A stretch of DNA of 64,000 bases from an uncultured Actinomycetota bacterium (GCA_963759655.1 CAVXAG010000039.1:29010-93009); one strand, 5' to 3'. Positions 10,679-21,858 are shown, numbered from the stretch's first letter. Program-made: numbers and translations. The notes: generated from the letters alone by a model not told the origin.

Positions 10679-11902
10679 TCACCTGTCCGGCAACCCGCGT
10701 TCGACGATGATTGGCCGCGGCAGCGGTTCGCGCTCGCGGCGCTTGGCGGCCAAATAGGCCTGGGCGGTGTCGGTCGCGACCGTGCCCCAATCGAAATCGG
10801 CGGTCAGACGTTCCCGGGCGGCGAGCGCGCGCCGCTGGGCCTTTTCGGGATCGTCGACGACCTGGCGCACGGCCGTCGCCAAACCCGGCAGGTCCCTCGG
10901 CGCGAACGAGATTCCCGTCTGTCCGTTGATCACCAACTCGCCGAGCCCGCCGACGTCGGACGTCACGAGCGGCGCACCGGCCGCGGCGGCCTCCAGCGCG
11001 GCGATCCCGAACGGCTCATAATGGCTGGGCAGCACCACCGCGTCCGTGTTATGCAGTGCGTCAAGCAATTCGGTGTGATCGAGATGACCGCAAAACGTCG
11101 TGGCTTTGAGTACCCGATGTCGCCGCGCCTCTTCGATCAGCCAATCCAGTTGTGTCCCTTCGCCGGCGATGGTCAGCGTGGTGCCTGGATGGGTGCGTCG
11201 GATCCGCGGAAGCGCGGCGATGAGGTCGTGGATTCCCTTCTCGTACTCCAGCCGTCCGACATAGAGGAGCCGCGCCGGACCGGCGTGCTTCTTGCGCGCG
11301 GCGAAAGGCCAACGGGCAACCTCGATTCCGTTGGGTATCACGTGGACATCGGGCTTGAACGGGCCGAAGAGTGTGGTGATCTCGTCACGCATCGACGCCG
11401 AGCAGGTGATCAGCGAGTCGGATTCGCGTGCCAGCCACGATTCCAACGCGTGCACCTGCCGGCTGACCGACCCGTTGATCCAGCCCGAATGTCGTCCCGC
11501 CTCTGTCGCGTGCAGCGTGGAAACCAACGGCGCATCGAAGAATTCGGCGAGTGCGACCGCCGGGTGGGCCACCAGCCAGTCGTGGGCGTGGACCACGTCG
11601 GGGACGAAGCCGGCGGCCAGACCGGACCGGAGCATCGAATGACCCATCGCCAACGCCCACGCCATCATGTCCGCGCCGAAGTCGAACTCGTGCGGGTCCT
11701 GCGCAGCGGCGACCACGCGGACGCCCTCGTGGACCTCGTCGGTGGTCGGGTGCGTGCTGGGATCGGTGTCAAACGGACGGCGGCTCAGCACCATCACCTC
11801 GTGACCGGCCGCCGCCAACGCGGTCGCCAGGTGGTGTACATGCCTGCCGAGCCCGCCAATGACCACCGGCGGGTACTCCCACGACAACATCAACACCCTC
11901 AC
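10679..11902 (-). CDS. GT4 alpha-(1,4)-glucosyltransferase (Rv3032-like, MGLP/glycogen)
   Basis: SWEYPPVVIGGLGRHV, VHAHDW, YEPFGIAALEA. Confidence 0.93.
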   Translation of the reverse strand: MRVLMLSWEYPPVVIGGLGRHVHHLATALAAAGHEVMVLSRRPFDTDPSTHPTTDEVHEGVRVVAAAQDPHEFDFGADMMAWALAMGHSMLRSGLAAGFVPDVVHAHDWLVAHPAVALAEFFDAPLVSTLHATEAGRHSGWINGSVSRQVHALESWLARESDSLITCSASMRDEITTLFGPFKPDVHVIPNGIEVARWPFAARKKHAGPARLLYVGRLEYEKGIHDLIAALPRIRRTHPGTTLTIAGEGTQLDWLIEEARRHRVLKATTFCGHLDHTELLDALHNTDAVVLPSHYEPFGIAALEAAAAGAPLVTSDVGGLGELVINGQTGISFAPRDLPGLATAVRQVVDDPEKAQRRALAARERLTADFDWGTVATDTAQAYLAAKRREREPLPRPIIVERGLPDR

Positions 11903-13425
11903 GGGCGCGGCAGTCTCCTGGCGTCCAGTGCGCCGAACAGGCCGTCGGCGCGGTTCCAGCCGTCGGCCAGCCGCTGCGCGGTGTCGCGGTGACCGGAGGC
12001 CAATGCGGTGGCGATCTCCCGGGTGGCATGGGCGTGCAGATGCGCGCGATAGCGCGCGTAGTCGGCGGCGGAGTCCTTGCTGACCATGAACGGCCAGTCG
12101 CTGGACACCGTCAGCAGCGTCTCGCGCAGGATCTGGTCGGCGACGAAGTCACGGGCGTGCGGCGAATCGGTCTGCTCGAGCGCCTTGTCCACTGTCGTCA
12201 GCGCGGTGTCGACCACCTCGGCGTTCAGCCACACCAGGTCGGCCACCTGCTCGCCTGCCCAGACCTGCCAGTCCTTGCCGGAACCCCAAGAGCTGGCCGG
12301 CAATTCGACGGGCGAGGCGACGAATCCCGCTGCGCGCGCGTCGCTCAGCGTGCCAATCCGCACGCCGGACTCCGGCAGCGCCCGTAAGACGCGCTCCAGC
12401 CACATCGGCCCCTCGTACCACCAGTGGCCGAACAACTCGGTGTCGAATGCGGCGATGACGTGTGCGGGCCGGCCGATGCGTTCGCTCTCCGCGCGGAGGC
12501 GCCGGTGCACGGTGACGATGAAATCGGCGACGTGTGCGTTGACGGCCTGCTCCGCGCGCGCCGGGTCATACGGCGCTTTCTCGTCCGACGGTACGTTGCG
12601 ACCTGTCACGCGTGCGGGCTTCAGCCCGGTGTGGTGGTCGTAGGTGTGGAAGTCGCGGTATGCGACGTGGCCGGGGTAACCCGACTTCGGCGACCACACC
12701 CGGTAGCTGACCTGCAGGTCGCGGCCGAACGCGACGACGTCGGAGAGGCCGACCGGCCTGCCAAGCGCCGTGTCGCCACGCAGTGACGGGCCGTCGACCA
12801 TGAAGTGGCCGATTCCCGCTGCGGCGTAATCGTTTTCCATCCCGGGCGCATACGCACACTCCGGCGCCCAGATGCCTGCGGGCGTGTAGGCGAAGCGCTG
12901 CTGTGCGTCGGCTAGCCCCTCGCGAAGCGCGAACTCACGCAGCCGCGGATGCAGCAGCGGCTGGAACGGGTGGGCAAGCGGACCGCCGAGCAGCTCGATG
13001 GTGTCGGTGTCGATGAGCTCGCGCAGGAGGGGGCTGGCGCCGTGCTGCCAGAGGGTCGCGAAATCGTCCAGCGCCTGACCGGCTTCGTTGTACTCCCGAA
13101 TCCCGATCTCCCGCAACGAGTCCCGGTCACTCAGCGTGGTCGCCTCCAGCGCGCGCAGCTGCCAGTTGGCCAGCCAGTGGTGCATGCTGTCGAGGCAGTA
13201 CGGGTCGTCGAGCTGGGCGGCCACCACCGGTGTGATGCCCAGCGTGAGCAGCCCGCGACGGTCCTCATCGGCGAGGGTCCGCAGCACGCGCATCAGCGGC
13301 AGGTAGGCCGCCGACCACGATTGATACAGCCACTCCTCGCCGACGGGCCAGCGACCGTGATGGGCCAGCCACGGGAGGTGGGTGTGCAGGACAAGGGTGA
13401 ACATCCCGGGGGTGTGTTCTGTCAC
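11899..13425 (-). CDS. GH57 glucan branching enzyme-like protein (Rv3031-like)
   Basis: LHTHLPW, GIWAPEC, FDTELFGHWWYEG, SSDWPF. Confidence 0.93.
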   Translation of the reverse strand: MTEHTPGMFTLVLHTHLPWLAHHGRWPVGEEWLYQSWSAAYLPLMRVLRTLADEDRRGLLTLGITPVVAAQLDDPYCLDSMHHWLANWQLRALEATTLSDRDSLREIGIREYNEAGQALDDFATLWQHGASPLLRELIDTDTIELLGGPLAHPFQPLLHPRLREFALREGLADAQQRFAYTPAGIWAPECAYAPGMENDYAAAGIGHFMVDGPSLRGDTALGRPVGLSDVVAFGRDLQVSYRVWSPKSGYPGHVAYRDFHTYDHHTGLKPARVTGRNVPSDEKAPYDPARAEQAVNAHVADFIVTVHRRLRAESERIGRPAHVIAAFDTELFGHWWYEGPMWLERVLRALPESGVRIGTLSDARAAGFVASPVELPASSWGSGKDWQVWAGEQVADLVWLNAEVVDTALTTVDKALEQTDSPHARDFVADQILRETLLTVSSDWPFMVSKDSAADYARYRAHLHAHATREIATALASGHRDTAQRLADGWNRADGLFGALDARRLPRP

Positions 13426-14189
13426 GGCCGCACCGCAATCGCCACCAGGTCGAGGCTGTCATCGATGTCTGGGTTGTTGCGTCCGCCAGCCTCGGTGAGC
13501 TCGAAGTCGTCGATGGTCACCGAGGCCACGTCGGCCAGCAGGTCGGGCGGCCACGGTGCGTCGGCGAGCGCGCGCTCGACCTGGGCGTCGATGATCGATC
13601 CGCCGTGCTTTGCATCGAGGGCGGTCAAGCCGGGACCGTGGAACACCCCGCTCATCGACGTCACCGCGAAGCCACCGTCAACCAGCAGCTCGGTCAGCTC
13701 CTGTGCGTTGAGCTCGCGGGTGTGGAACGGGTTGACCGGGGTGTCGCGACCGGGGGAGAACGTGATCCTGTTCGGGGTCGACATCAGCAGCACACCGCCG
13801 GGCCGCAGCACCCGCGCGCACTCGGCCACGAACTGCGGCTGGTCCCACAGGTGCTCAATGACCTGGAAGTTCACCACCACGTCGACCGACGTGTCCGGCA
13901 GCGGCAGCGCCGCGAGGTTGCCGTGGCGCACGTCGACCCGTGGATAGCAGGCGCGCACGTGGGCGACCGTCAGCTCGTCGTAGTCCAGGCCGATGACGCG
14001 TGCGGCGACGTCGGCGATCAGGTCGGCGCCATAACCCTCGCCGCAGCCGGCTTCCAGCACGTCGCGGTCCGCGCAGCGGTCGGCCAGCCGCCGGTAGACC
14101 ACCTCGTGGCGGCGGAACCAGTAGTTCTCCTCGGCCAGCCCCGGCACCGTTCGCTCGCCGGTCAGCGCCAGGGAGTCATGCGCACTCAT
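13422..14189 (-). CDS. SAM-dependent methyltransferase (Rv3030-like, MGLP)
   Basis: LTGERTVPG, VLEAGCGEGYG, FQVIEHLWD, NPFHTREL. Confidence 0.93.
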   Translation of the reverse strand: MSAHDSLALTGERTVPGLAEENYWFRRHEVVYRRLADRCADRDVLEAGCGEGYGADLIADVAARVIGLDYDELTVAHVRACYPRVDVRHGNLAALPLPDTSVDVVVNFQVIEHLWDQPQFVAECARVLRPGGVLLMSTPNRITFSPGRDTPVNPFHTRELNAQELTELLVDGGFAVTSMSGVFHGPGLTALDAKHGGSIIDAQVERALADAPWPPDLLADVASVTIDDFELTEAGGRNNPDIDDSLDLVAIAVRP

Positions 14190-14286
14190 CGCAAGGCAGG
14201 CTATCCCGATCCCCCCGTCGGTGAGAGGTTGCGGGCAACGCGCAGTCAGATCACCTGCACCGACCGGCTATGGTGTACGGGCGAAC

Positions 14287-14318
14287 CACGCAAAGTTACC
14301 AATGAGTAACATCGCGTG
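14287..14318. promoter_or_regulatory. Candidate operator (32-bp dyad) between the Rv3030-like gene and fixA
   Basis: CACGC-aaa-GTTAC-caatga-GTAAC-atc-GCGTG, symmetrically spaced. Confidence 0.5.
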
Positions 14319-14392
14319 CGGGCGAATCGTGACATAGCTGGACGTTGGCCGGCCGGGTGATGCCGGCGATTTCGAGGAGGGCAAACCAGACC

Positions 14393-15193
14393 ATGACGAA
14401 CATCGTGGTGCTGATCAAACAGGTCCCGGACACGTGGTCGGAGCGGAAGCTGAAGGACGACGACTACACGCTGGACCGCGACGCCGCCGACGCGGTGCTC
14501 GACGAGATCAACGAGCGAGCGGTCGAAGAGGCGCTGCTGATCAAGGAGAAGGAAGACGCCGACGGCGCCGCGGGCACCGTCACCGTGCTGACCGCGGGCC
14601 CTGAGCGTTCCACCGAGGCGATCCGCAAGGCGCTGTCGATGGGCGCCGACAAGGCCGTCCACGTGCTCGACCCGGGCATGCACGGCTCCGACCTGGTGCA
14701 GACCGGATGGGTGCTGGCCAGGGCGCTCGGCACGATCGAGGGCACTGATCTCGTGATCGCGGGCAACGAGGCCACCGACGGTGTCGGCGGGGCGGTGCCG
14801 GCGATCATCGCCGAATACCTCGGCCTGCCACAGCTCACCCACGTGCGGAAGCTTTCGGTCGAGGGCGGCAAGGTCACCGGCGAACGCGAGACCGACGACG
14901 GCGTGTTCACGCTCGAGGCGCCGCTGCCGGCCGTGGTGAGCGTCACCGAGAAGATCAACGAGCCCCGGTTCCCGTCGTTCAAGGGCATCATGGCCGCCAA
15001 GAAGAAGGAAGTGACCACGCTGACGCTGGCCGAGATCGGCGTCGAGGGCGAAGAGGCCGGGCTGGCCAACGCGGGATCGAAGGTGCTGCAGTCGCAGCCG
15101 AAGCCGCCCAAGACCGCGGGCGAGAAGGTCGAGGACGACGGCGAGGGCGGCAACAAGATCGCCCAGTACCTGGTTTCGCAGAAGATCATCTAA
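14393..15193 (+). CDS. fixA: Electron transfer flavoprotein beta subunit
   Basis: MTNIVVLIKQVPDT, ALSMGADKA, PRFPSFKGIMAAKKK. Confidence 0.96.
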   Translation: MTNIVVLIKQVPDTWSERKLKDDDYTLDRDAADAVLDEINERAVEEALLIKEKEDADGAAGTVTVLTAGPERSTEAIRKALSMGADKAVHVLDPGMHGSDLVQTGWVLARALGTIEGTDLVIAGNEATDGVGGAVPAIIAEYLGLPQLTHVRKLSVEGGKVTGERETDDGVFTLEAPLPAVVSVTEKINEPRFPSFKGIMAAKKKEVTTLTLAEIGVEGEEAGLANAGSKVLQSQPKPPKTAGEKVEDDGEGGNKIAQYLVSQKII

Positions 15194-15213
15194 GAGAAGG
15201 CGAATGAGCACGC

Positions 15214-16170
15214 ATGGCTGAAGTACTTGTTCTCATCGAGCACGCGGAGGGTGCCCCCAAAAAGGTGAGCCTCGAATTGCTCACCGCCGCGAGGGTATTG
15301 GGTGAACCGTCTGCAGTTGTTGTCGGCACGCCCGGAACCGCCGGGCCATTGGCTGACGCGTTGAAGGCGGCGGGCGCGGCAAAGATCTACGTCGCCGAGG
15401 CCGACTTCGTCAACGACTATCTGATTGTCCCTCAAGTCGACGTGCTGGCAGCACTGGTCGAGTCGGCCAGCCCGGCGGCGGTGCTGCTGGCCGCCAGCGC
15501 GGACGGCAAGGAAATCGCCGGCCGGCTCGCGGCGCGCATCGGCAGCGGCGTGCTGGTCGACGTCGTCGAGGTGGAGGCCGGCAACAAAGGCGTGCACTCG
15601 ATCTTCGGTGGCGCCTACACCGTCGAGGCGGAGGTTGAGGGCGACGTCGCGGTCATCACGGTGCGGCCCGGCGCGGTCGAGGCCGAGCCCGCCGAGGGCG
15701 CAGGCGAGCAGGTCAGCGTCGAGGTGCCGCAACCGGCCGAGAATGCGACCAAGATCACGGCGCGCCAGCCCGCGGTGGCGGGTGACCGCCCGGAGCTCAC
15801 CGAAGCCACGATCGTGGTGTCCGGTGGTCGAGGCGTCGGCAGCGCCGAGAACTTCAGCGTGGTCGAGGCGTTGGCCGACTCACTCGGCGCGGCGGTAGGC
15901 GCATCGCGCGCCGCGGTGGATTCCGGCTACTACCCCGGTCAGTTCCAGGTCGGCCAGACCGGCAAGACCGTGTCGCCGCAGCTGTACATCGCGCTGGGCA
16001 TCTCCGGTGCGATCCAGCACCGCGCGGGCATGCAGACCAGCAAGACGATCGTTGCCGTCAACAAGGACGAAGAAGCGCCGATCTTCGAGATCTCCGACTA
16101 CGGAATCGTGGGCGACCTGTTCAAGGTGGCTCCGCAACTGACGGACGCCGTCAAAGCCCGCAAGGGGTAG
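15214..16170 (+). CDS. fixB: Electron transfer flavoprotein alpha subunit
   Basis: [42 protein letters not shown]. Confidence 0.96.
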   Translation: MAEVLVLIEHAEGAPKKVSLELLTAARVLGEPSAVVVGTPGTAGPLADALKAAGAAKIYVAEADFVNDYLIVPQVDVLAALVESASPAAVLLAASADGKEIAGRLAARIGSGVLVDVVEVEAGNKGVHSIFGGAYTVEAEVEGDVAVITVRPGAVEAEPAEGAGEQVSVEVPQPAENATKITARQPAVAGDRPELTEATIVVSGGRGVGSAENFSVVEALADSLGAAVGASRAAVDSGYYPGQFQVGQTGKTVSPQLYIALGISGAIQHRAGMQTSKTIVAVNKDEEAPIFEISDYGIVGDLFKVAPQLTDAVKARKG

Positions 16171-16296
16171 ACCCGCGGGGGTGGTCCCGGTTGGCCGAGT
16201 TCGCACGCATGCGCGGGCCCAATTCGTCATCTAGCGTGCACGGACACGTCACACACACGATGCCATCCCGAGATGCGGGCGGGCGACCGTGCAGCC

Positions 16297-17058
16297 ATGA
16301 GCACTGCATCTGTCCTGCTTGCCACCGACCGACAAGAGGCCGCGGCACCCAAGTACACGTTGCTGCTGTCCACCGACCCCACACTCATCGAAGAAGCGCA
16401 GCGGCTGCGCTACGAGGTGTTCACTTCCGAGCCCGGGTTTGAACTCACCAGCACCACCGACGCCGACCGCTTCGACGAGTATTGCGACCACCTGCTCGTG
16501 CGCGAGGACACCACCGGTGAGCTCGTCGGGTGCTACCGGATGCTGCCGCCGCCGGGCGCGATCGCGGCGGGCGGGCTCTACACCGCCACCGAATTCGACG
16601 TCGGCGCCCTCGACCCGCTGCGGCCGTCGCTGGTCGAGATGGGCCGGGCGGTGGTCCGCGAGCAACACCGCAACGGCGCGGTTGTGCTGCTGATGTGGGC
16701 CGGAATCCTGGCCTACCTGGACCGCTGCGACTACGACTACGTGACCGGATGCGTCTCGGTGCCGCTGCCCGACGCCAGGGGAGTGCGGGACTTCGTGCTG
16801 CGGCGTTATCCCTCGGCCTACCGGGTGCGACCATATCGGCCGGTCCCGCCCGACGACATGCGCGTGCCGGACCGGGTCTCGGTGCCGCCGCTGATGCGCG
16901 GTTACCTGCGGCTCGGCGCGCGGGTGTGCGGTGAGCCGGCCCACGACCCGGACTTCGGGGTCGCGGACTTCATGGCGCTGCTGGACAAACGCGAGGCCGA
17001 CATCCGCTACCTGAAGCGGCTGAGATCGGTTGGCGCAGCTGCTGAGGCGATGAAATGA
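16297..17058 (+). CDS. GNAT N-acyltransferase, OlsB-like (Rv3027c-like)
   Basis: AQRLRYEVF, DRFDEYCDHLLV, VEMGRAVV, PPLMRGYLRLGA, DPDFGVAD. Confidence 0.85.
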   Translation: MSTASVLLATDRQEAAAPKYTLLLSTDPTLIEEAQRLRYEVFTSEPGFELTSTTDADRFDEYCDHLLVREDTTGELVGCYRMLPPPGAIAAGGLYTATEFDVGALDPLRPSLVEMGRAVVREQHRNGAVVLLMWAGILAYLDRCDYDYVTGCVSVPLPDARGVRDFVLRRYPSAYRVRPYRPVPPDDMRVPDRVSVPPLMRGYLRLGARVCGEPAHDPDFGVADFMALLDKREADIRYLKRLRSVGAAAEAMK

Positions 17059-17882
17059 CGGACGTCCACGCCTGGCTGCCGCGTGCCTCCTGCGACGCGA
17101 GCTGCGTGCGTCTCGAACCGGTCGGCGCATGCGGATCGGTGGTGCGTGTACTGCGCGGGGCCGCCCGCACTCTTCTGTTGTTGACGTTGCTGCCGGCAAT
17201 CCCGGTGCTGGCGATCCCGCAGCCGGGTCAGGCCCGAGCGGTTCGGTGGTACTGCTGGCTCGTGCTGCGGTGCATGGGTATGCGAATCACCAAGTCGGGC
17301 GGCCCTATTCGCAACGTTCCCGGCGTGCTGGTGGTCAGCCCGCACATGTCGTGGGTGGACGCGCTGGTGATCTATTCACTGGTGTCGGGTGCGTTCGTCG
17401 CGAAGTCCGAACTCATCGACTGGCCGGGGCTCGGCCGGATCGCACGCATCATGAACGTCATCCCGATCGACCGGGCCAGGCTGCGGCGGCTTCCCGATGT
17501 GGTGGGGACGGTGGCCGCGAGGCTGCGTTCGGGCCAGACCGTGGTCGCATTCCCGGAAGGCACGACATGGTGCGGGCTGGCGCACGGCGGGTTCCGGCCC
17601 GCGATGTTCCAGGCCGCGATCGACGCGGGCCGCCCAGTGCAACCGCTACGGCTGAGCTATCACCAGCGTGACGGCCGGCCGTCGACGATTCCCGCGTTCG
17701 TCGGCGACGACACACTGCTCAGTTCGTTCCTGCGAGTGGTGTCGGCGCCGCCGGTTATCGCGCACGTGCACGTCGAGGAGCTGCAGTTGCCCGGGGAGCA
17801 CCGCCGCGACCTGGCCCAGCGTTGCCAGCAAGCCGTTCGAGACACCGCCCGGGCCCGTCATGAGCACGCGCTGGCCGCCTGA
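17055..17882 (+). CDS. Lysophospholipid acyltransferase, PlsC/OlsA-like (Rv3026c-like)
   Basis: Catalytic HxxxxD (HMSWVD), FPEGTT; ATGA overlap with the GNAT gene. Confidence 0.88.
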   Translation: MTDVHAWLPRASCDASCVRLEPVGACGSVVRVLRGAARTLLLLTLLPAIPVLAIPQPGQARAVRWYCWLVLRCMGMRITKSGGPIRNVPGVLVVSPHMSWVDALVIYSLVSGAFVAKSELIDWPGLGRIARIMNVIPIDRARLRRLPDVVGTVAARLRSGQTVVAFPEGTTWCGLAHGGFRPAMFQAAIDAGRPVQPLRLSYHQRDGRPSTIPAFVGDDTLLSSFLRVVSAPPVIAHVHVEELQLPGEHRRDLAQRCQQAVRDTARARHEHALAA

Positions 17883-17928
17883 GCGGCCGACTGGGCGTCG
17901 AGCCGGCGACGGCTAAGCTGGACGGGCC

Positions 17929-19119
17929 ATGAGCCCTGCCCGACCGGTGTATCTGGACCACGCCGCCACCACCCCGATGTATCCCGATGCGATCGAGGCG
18001 ATGACGGCTGCGCTGGCCACCGTGGGGAACGCGTCATCGCTGCACACTTCCGGCCGGGTGGCCCGCCGCACGATCGAGGAGTCGCGGGAGACGCTGGCCG
18101 AAAAGCTCGGTGCGCGACCGTCGGAGGTGATCTTCACCGCCGGCGGCACCGAGAGCGACAACCTCGCCGTCAAGGGCATCTACTGGGCACGCCGCGACGC
18201 GGACCCCTGCAGGCGGCGGATCGTTACCAGCGCCGTCGAGCATCATGCCGTGCTCGACGCCGTTGAATGGCTGGCTGAGCACGAGGGCGCGGACGTCACC
18301 TGGCTGCCCACCAACGCCGACGGCCTGGTCTCGCCTGCGGCTCTGCGGGATACGTTGCAGCGCCACGACGACGTGGCTCTGGTGTCGGTGATGTGGGCCA
18401 ACAACGAGGTTGGCACGATCATGCCGGTCGCCGAGTTAGCTGCGGTTGCAGCGGAATTCGATGTGCCGATTCACAGTGACGCGGTCCAGGCGATCGGGCA
18501 GCTGCCGGTCTCGTTCACCTCGAGTGGGCTGTCTGCGATGAGCATCGCGGCACACAAATTCGGTGGACCGACCGGCGCGGGCGCGCTGGTGCTGCGCCGC
18601 GACACCGCGTGCGTTCCGCTATTGCACGGCGGCGGTCAGGAGCGTGACGTGCGTTCCGGCACGCCGGATGTGGCAGGTGCGGTCGGCATGGCCGTGGCGG
18701 CCAGGCGTGCGGTGGATGACGTGGAGACACACAGCGAGAAGCTGACGGCGCTGCGCGATCGACTGATCGACGGCGTGCTGTCGGCTGTCGATGACGTGCG
18801 GCTGAACGGACCCCGCGACGGCCGACTTCCGGGCAACGCGCACTTCACCTTTGCCGGGTGTGAGGGCGATTCGCTGCTGATGCTGCTGGACGCCAACGGG
18901 ATCGAGTGCTCCACGGGGTCCGCCTGCACGGCGGGGGTTCCTCAGCCGTCGCACGTGCTGTTGGCGATGGGCGCAGACTCGGCGGCCACGCGCGGCTCGA
19001 TACGGTTGTCGTTGGGGCGCACCAGCGTGTCCGAAGACGTCGATGCGGTGCTCGACGTGCTACCGGCGGCGGTCAGGCGTGCCCGGCAGGCCGCACTGGC
19101 GAGTGCGGGGGCGAAATGA
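17929..19119 (+). CDS. iscS: Cysteine desulfurase
   Basis: [23 protein letters not shown] (PLP lysine), STGSACTAG. Confidence 0.95.
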   Translation: MSPARPVYLDHAATTPMYPDAIEAMTAALATVGNASSLHTSGRVARRTIEESRETLAEKLGARPSEVIFTAGGTESDNLAVKGIYWARRDADPCRRRIVTSAVEHHAVLDAVEWLAEHEGADVTWLPTNADGLVSPAALRDTLQRHDDVALVSVMWANNEVGTIMPVAELAAVAAEFDVPIHSDAVQAIGQLPVSFTSSGLSAMSIAAHKFGGPTGAGALVLRRDTACVPLLHGGGQERDVRSGTPDVAGAVGMAVAARRAVDDVETHSEKLTALRDRLIDGVLSAVDDVRLNGPRDGRLPGNAHFTFAGCEGDSLLMLLDANGIECSTGSACTAGVPQPSHVLLAMGADSAATRGSIRLSLGRTSVSEDVDAVLDVLPAAVRRARQAALASAGAK

Positions 19120-20180
19120 GAGTGCTGGCCGCGATGAGCGGCGGGGTGGATTCGTCGGTGGCCGCAGCGCGAATGGTCGATGCCGGGCACGACGTGGTCG
19201 GCGTGCACCTCGCGCTGTCGTCGGCGCCGGCCACATTGCGAACCGGGTCGCGAGGCTGCTGCTCGAAGGAGGACGCCGGTGATGCGCGGCGGGTGGCCGA
19301 CAAGATTGGAATCCCGTTTTATGTCTGGGATTTCGCCGATCGTTTCAAAGAGGCGGTGATCGACGACTTCGTGTCGTCATACGAACGTGGCGAGACTCCC
19401 AACCCGTGTGTGCGGTGCAACGAGAAGATCAAGTTCTCGGCGCTCGCGGCGAGGGCGCTGGCTCTGGGTTTCGACGCGGTGGCCACCGGTCATTACGCGA
19501 GGCTGTCCGACGGCCGGTTACGACGCGCGGTGGACGCCGCGAAAGACCAGTCGTACGTGTTGGCGGTGCTGACGGCCGAGCAGCTTCGGCACGCGGTGTT
19601 CCCGGTCGGCGACACCCCCAAGCCGCAGATCCGGGCCGAGGCCGCCGAGCGTCGGCTCGCGGTCGCGGACAAGCCCGACAGCCATGACATCTGCTTCATC
19701 CCGTCGGGTGACACGCAAGCGTTCCTCGGCGAGAGGATCGGCGTGCGCCGCGGCGCGGTCGTCGACGCGGCGGGGACCGTGCTGGCAGAGCACGACGGCG
19801 TGCACGGCTTCACCGTCGGCCAGCGCAAGGGCCTGCGCATCGCCGGACCCGGGCCGGACGGGCGGCCGCGGTACGTCACCGCGATCGACGCGCGGACCGC
19901 GACGGTGACGGTCGGCGACGCTACGGATCTCGAGGTGCGGCGGGTGTCGGGGGAGCGGCCGGTGTTCACGTCCGGCGTTGCGCCCGTGGGACCGGTCGAG
20001 TGCGTGGTGCAGGTGCGCGCCCACGGCGGGGTGGTCGACGCGGTCGCCGAGCGCGTCGGGGACCGGCTGGAGGCCCGACTGCGCCGGCCGCTGCGGGGCG
20101 TGGCGCCGGGCCAGACGATGGTGCTGTACCGGCCTGACGCCGACGGCGACGAAGTGATCGGCAGCGCGACGATCATTTAG
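19116..20180 (+). CDS. mnmA: tRNA 2-thiouridylase
   Basis: [38 protein letters not shown]. Confidence 0.96.
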   Translation: MRVLAAMSGGVDSSVAAARMVDAGHDVVGVHLALSSAPATLRTGSRGCCSKEDAGDARRVADKIGIPFYVWDFADRFKEAVIDDFVSSYERGETPNPCVRCNEKIKFSALAARALALGFDAVATGHYARLSDGRLRRAVDAAKDQSYVLAVLTAEQLRHAVFPVGDTPKPQIRAEAAERRLAVADKPDSHDICFIPSGDTQAFLGERIGVRRGAVVDAAGTVLAEHDGVHGFTVGQRKGLRIAGPGPDGRPRYVTAIDARTATVTVGDATDLEVRRVSGERPVFTSGVAPVGPVECVVQVRAHGGVVDAVAERVGDRLEARLRRPLRGVAPGQTMVLYRPDADGDEVIGSATII

Positions 20181-20811
20181 CAGCGACCCGCGCGGCGATG
20201 CGCGCCGCGACGAGGTCGGGGACGACACGGCTGCGGTAGCCGCAGTAGGTGACTTCGATCAGCACCGTGGACTGCAGCCGATAGACGCGACCGCAGTCAC
20301 CGGAACTTTCGGCCCGCAACGTCTGCTGATCGGCGGTCCAGTCGTAGACGTATCCGGAACCTGTTGCGTTGCAGGTCGTCACCAGATCGGTGATGTTGTC
20401 GAACGCGTGCAGCGCGGTGTCGGCGTCGTTGTAGGCAGCGGCGGCCTCGGACAGCAGAGCTTGCTCTGGCGGTGTCTGAAAGCTCGTCTTGTGGAACTGC
20501 TTGACATCTGGGCCGAAGACCGCGCTCTCGCGGAAGACGAACTGGCATTCGGGTGGCGCCGAGCCGACGAGCAGGTCGTCGTCGACCGGTTGTCTCGAGT
20601 CCATCCCGGGCACGCCGTTGAGATCGGGGCCTGCGCCGGTGAGATCGCGCAGCTCCGGCGTGGTGAGCAGCAGGTCGTCCACGTTCATGCCGCTGAGGTA
20701 GGGGCCCGCGGCCGGCGGCATCAGCGCGATACCGCCGACGACGTGCGTGCATCCGCCGGCGAGCGTCACCGCGGCCAGGCAGGCGAGTACCGCGCTGCCG
20801 CGTCGGGCCAT
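20173..20811 (-). CDS. PknH-like sensor-domain lipoprotein (LpqA/Rv3016-like)
   Basis: Signal with lipobox LAGGC; paired Cys (PPECQF; C...C...VTYC); synteny next to the Rv3015c-like gene. Confidence 0.72.
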   Translation of the reverse strand: MARRGSAVLACLAAVTLAGGCTHVVGGIALMPPAAGPYLSGMNVDDLLLTTPELRDLTGAGPDLNGVPGMDSRQPVDDDLLVGSAPPECQFVFRESAVFGPDVKQFHKTSFQTPPEQALLSEAAAAYNDADTALHAFDNITDLVTTCNATGSGYVYDWTADQQTLRAESSGDCGRVYRLQSTVLIEVTYCGYRSRVVPDLVAARIAARVAAK

Positions 20812-20847
20812 GATGAGGCTCAGAGTAGACCGAATACTGTTGGGCAC

Positions 20848-21858
20848 GTGAACGCTTTTGCCGCCGCGACCGGGGTCGGGTCCTGGCCCGGCACCTCGGC
20901 GCGGCAGGCCGCCGAGGTGATCGTGGGCGAGTTGCATACGTTGCCGCATCTGGCGGAGTTGCCTGCGCGGGGCGTGGGCGCGGACATGATCGGCCGGGCC
21001 GGGGCGCTGCTGGTGGACATTGCGATTGACACCACGCCGCGTGGCTATCGGGTGGCGGCGCGGCCGGGAGCGGTGAGCCGGCGGGCGCGCAGCTTTTTGG
21101 ACGAGGACATCGATGCGCTCGAGGAGGCGTGGGAGCGCGCTGCGCTGCGGGGCCGCGACCGGGCGGTGAAGCTGCAGGCGCCAGGCCCGGTGACGTTGGC
21201 GGCGCTGCTGGAACTGCCGAACGGCCACCGGGCGATTACGGATTCTGGTGCGCTGCAGGATCTGACGTCGTCGCTGGCCGAAGGTGTTGCGGCACACCGG
21301 GCTGAGGTGGCCAGGCGGCTGGAGTGCCCGGTGGTGGTGCAGTTCGATGAGCCGTGGTTGGCCGCCGCGCTGGCGGGCAGACTCACCGGCGTGACCGCGT
21401 TTACGCCGGTTCATCCGGTGGACGAGACCGTTGCGGTGAATCTGTTGGACGAATGCGTTGCCGCGGCGGGAACCGAGGTGGCCGTGCATTGCTGTTCATC
21501 GGAACTGCCGTGGGGGGTATTGCAGCGCAGCGGTATTCATGCGGCGGGGATTGACATGTCCGTGTTGCACAGCGCCGCGCTGGACGGCATCGGCGAGTTC
21601 GTCGACAGCGGGCGCACCTTGCTGCTGGGAATGTTGCCGTCAACAGCGCCGGAGCTCACGCCGTCGACCAAGCAGTCGGCCCAGATGGCTGCCACGCTCA
21701 CGGACCGGCTGGGGTTCGCGCGGGAGCTGCTCGCGGAGCGGTTCGGTGTCACGCCTGCGTGCGGGCTGGCCGGCGCGACACCCGAATGGGCGCGCACCGC
21801 GGTCGAATTGACGCAGAAGGTCGCAGACGCATTCGCGGACGCCCCGGACGCGATCTAG
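20848..21858 (+). CDS. Cobalamin-independent methionine synthase-like single-domain protein (Rv3015c-like)
   Basis: ATGVGSWPG, LAELPARG, QFDEP, HCC and PACG zinc ligands; TACTGT -10 lies 7 nt before the GTG. Confidence 0.88.
   Translation: MNAFAAATGVGSWPGTSARQAAEVIVGELHTLPHLAELPARGVGADMIGRAGALLVDIAIDTTPRGYRVAARPGAVSRRARSFLDEDIDALEEAWERAALRGRDRAVKLQAPGPVTLAALLELPNGHRAITDSGALQDLTSSLAEGVAAHRAEVARRLECPVVVQFDEPWLAAALAGRLTGVTAFTPVHPVDETVAVNLLDECVAAAGTEVAVHCCSSELPWGVLQRSGIHAAGIDMSVLHSAALDGIGEFVDSGRTLLLGMLPSTAPELTPSTKQSAQMAATLTDRLGFARELLAERFGVTPACGLAGATPEWARTAVELTQKVADAFADAPDAI

Noticed and set aside
20173-20180. Absence of the esx/PE/PPE block found between mnmA and lpqA in M. tuberculosis
   Set aside because: No remnant visible; the genes simply abut tail-to-tail, most likely the ancestral state.
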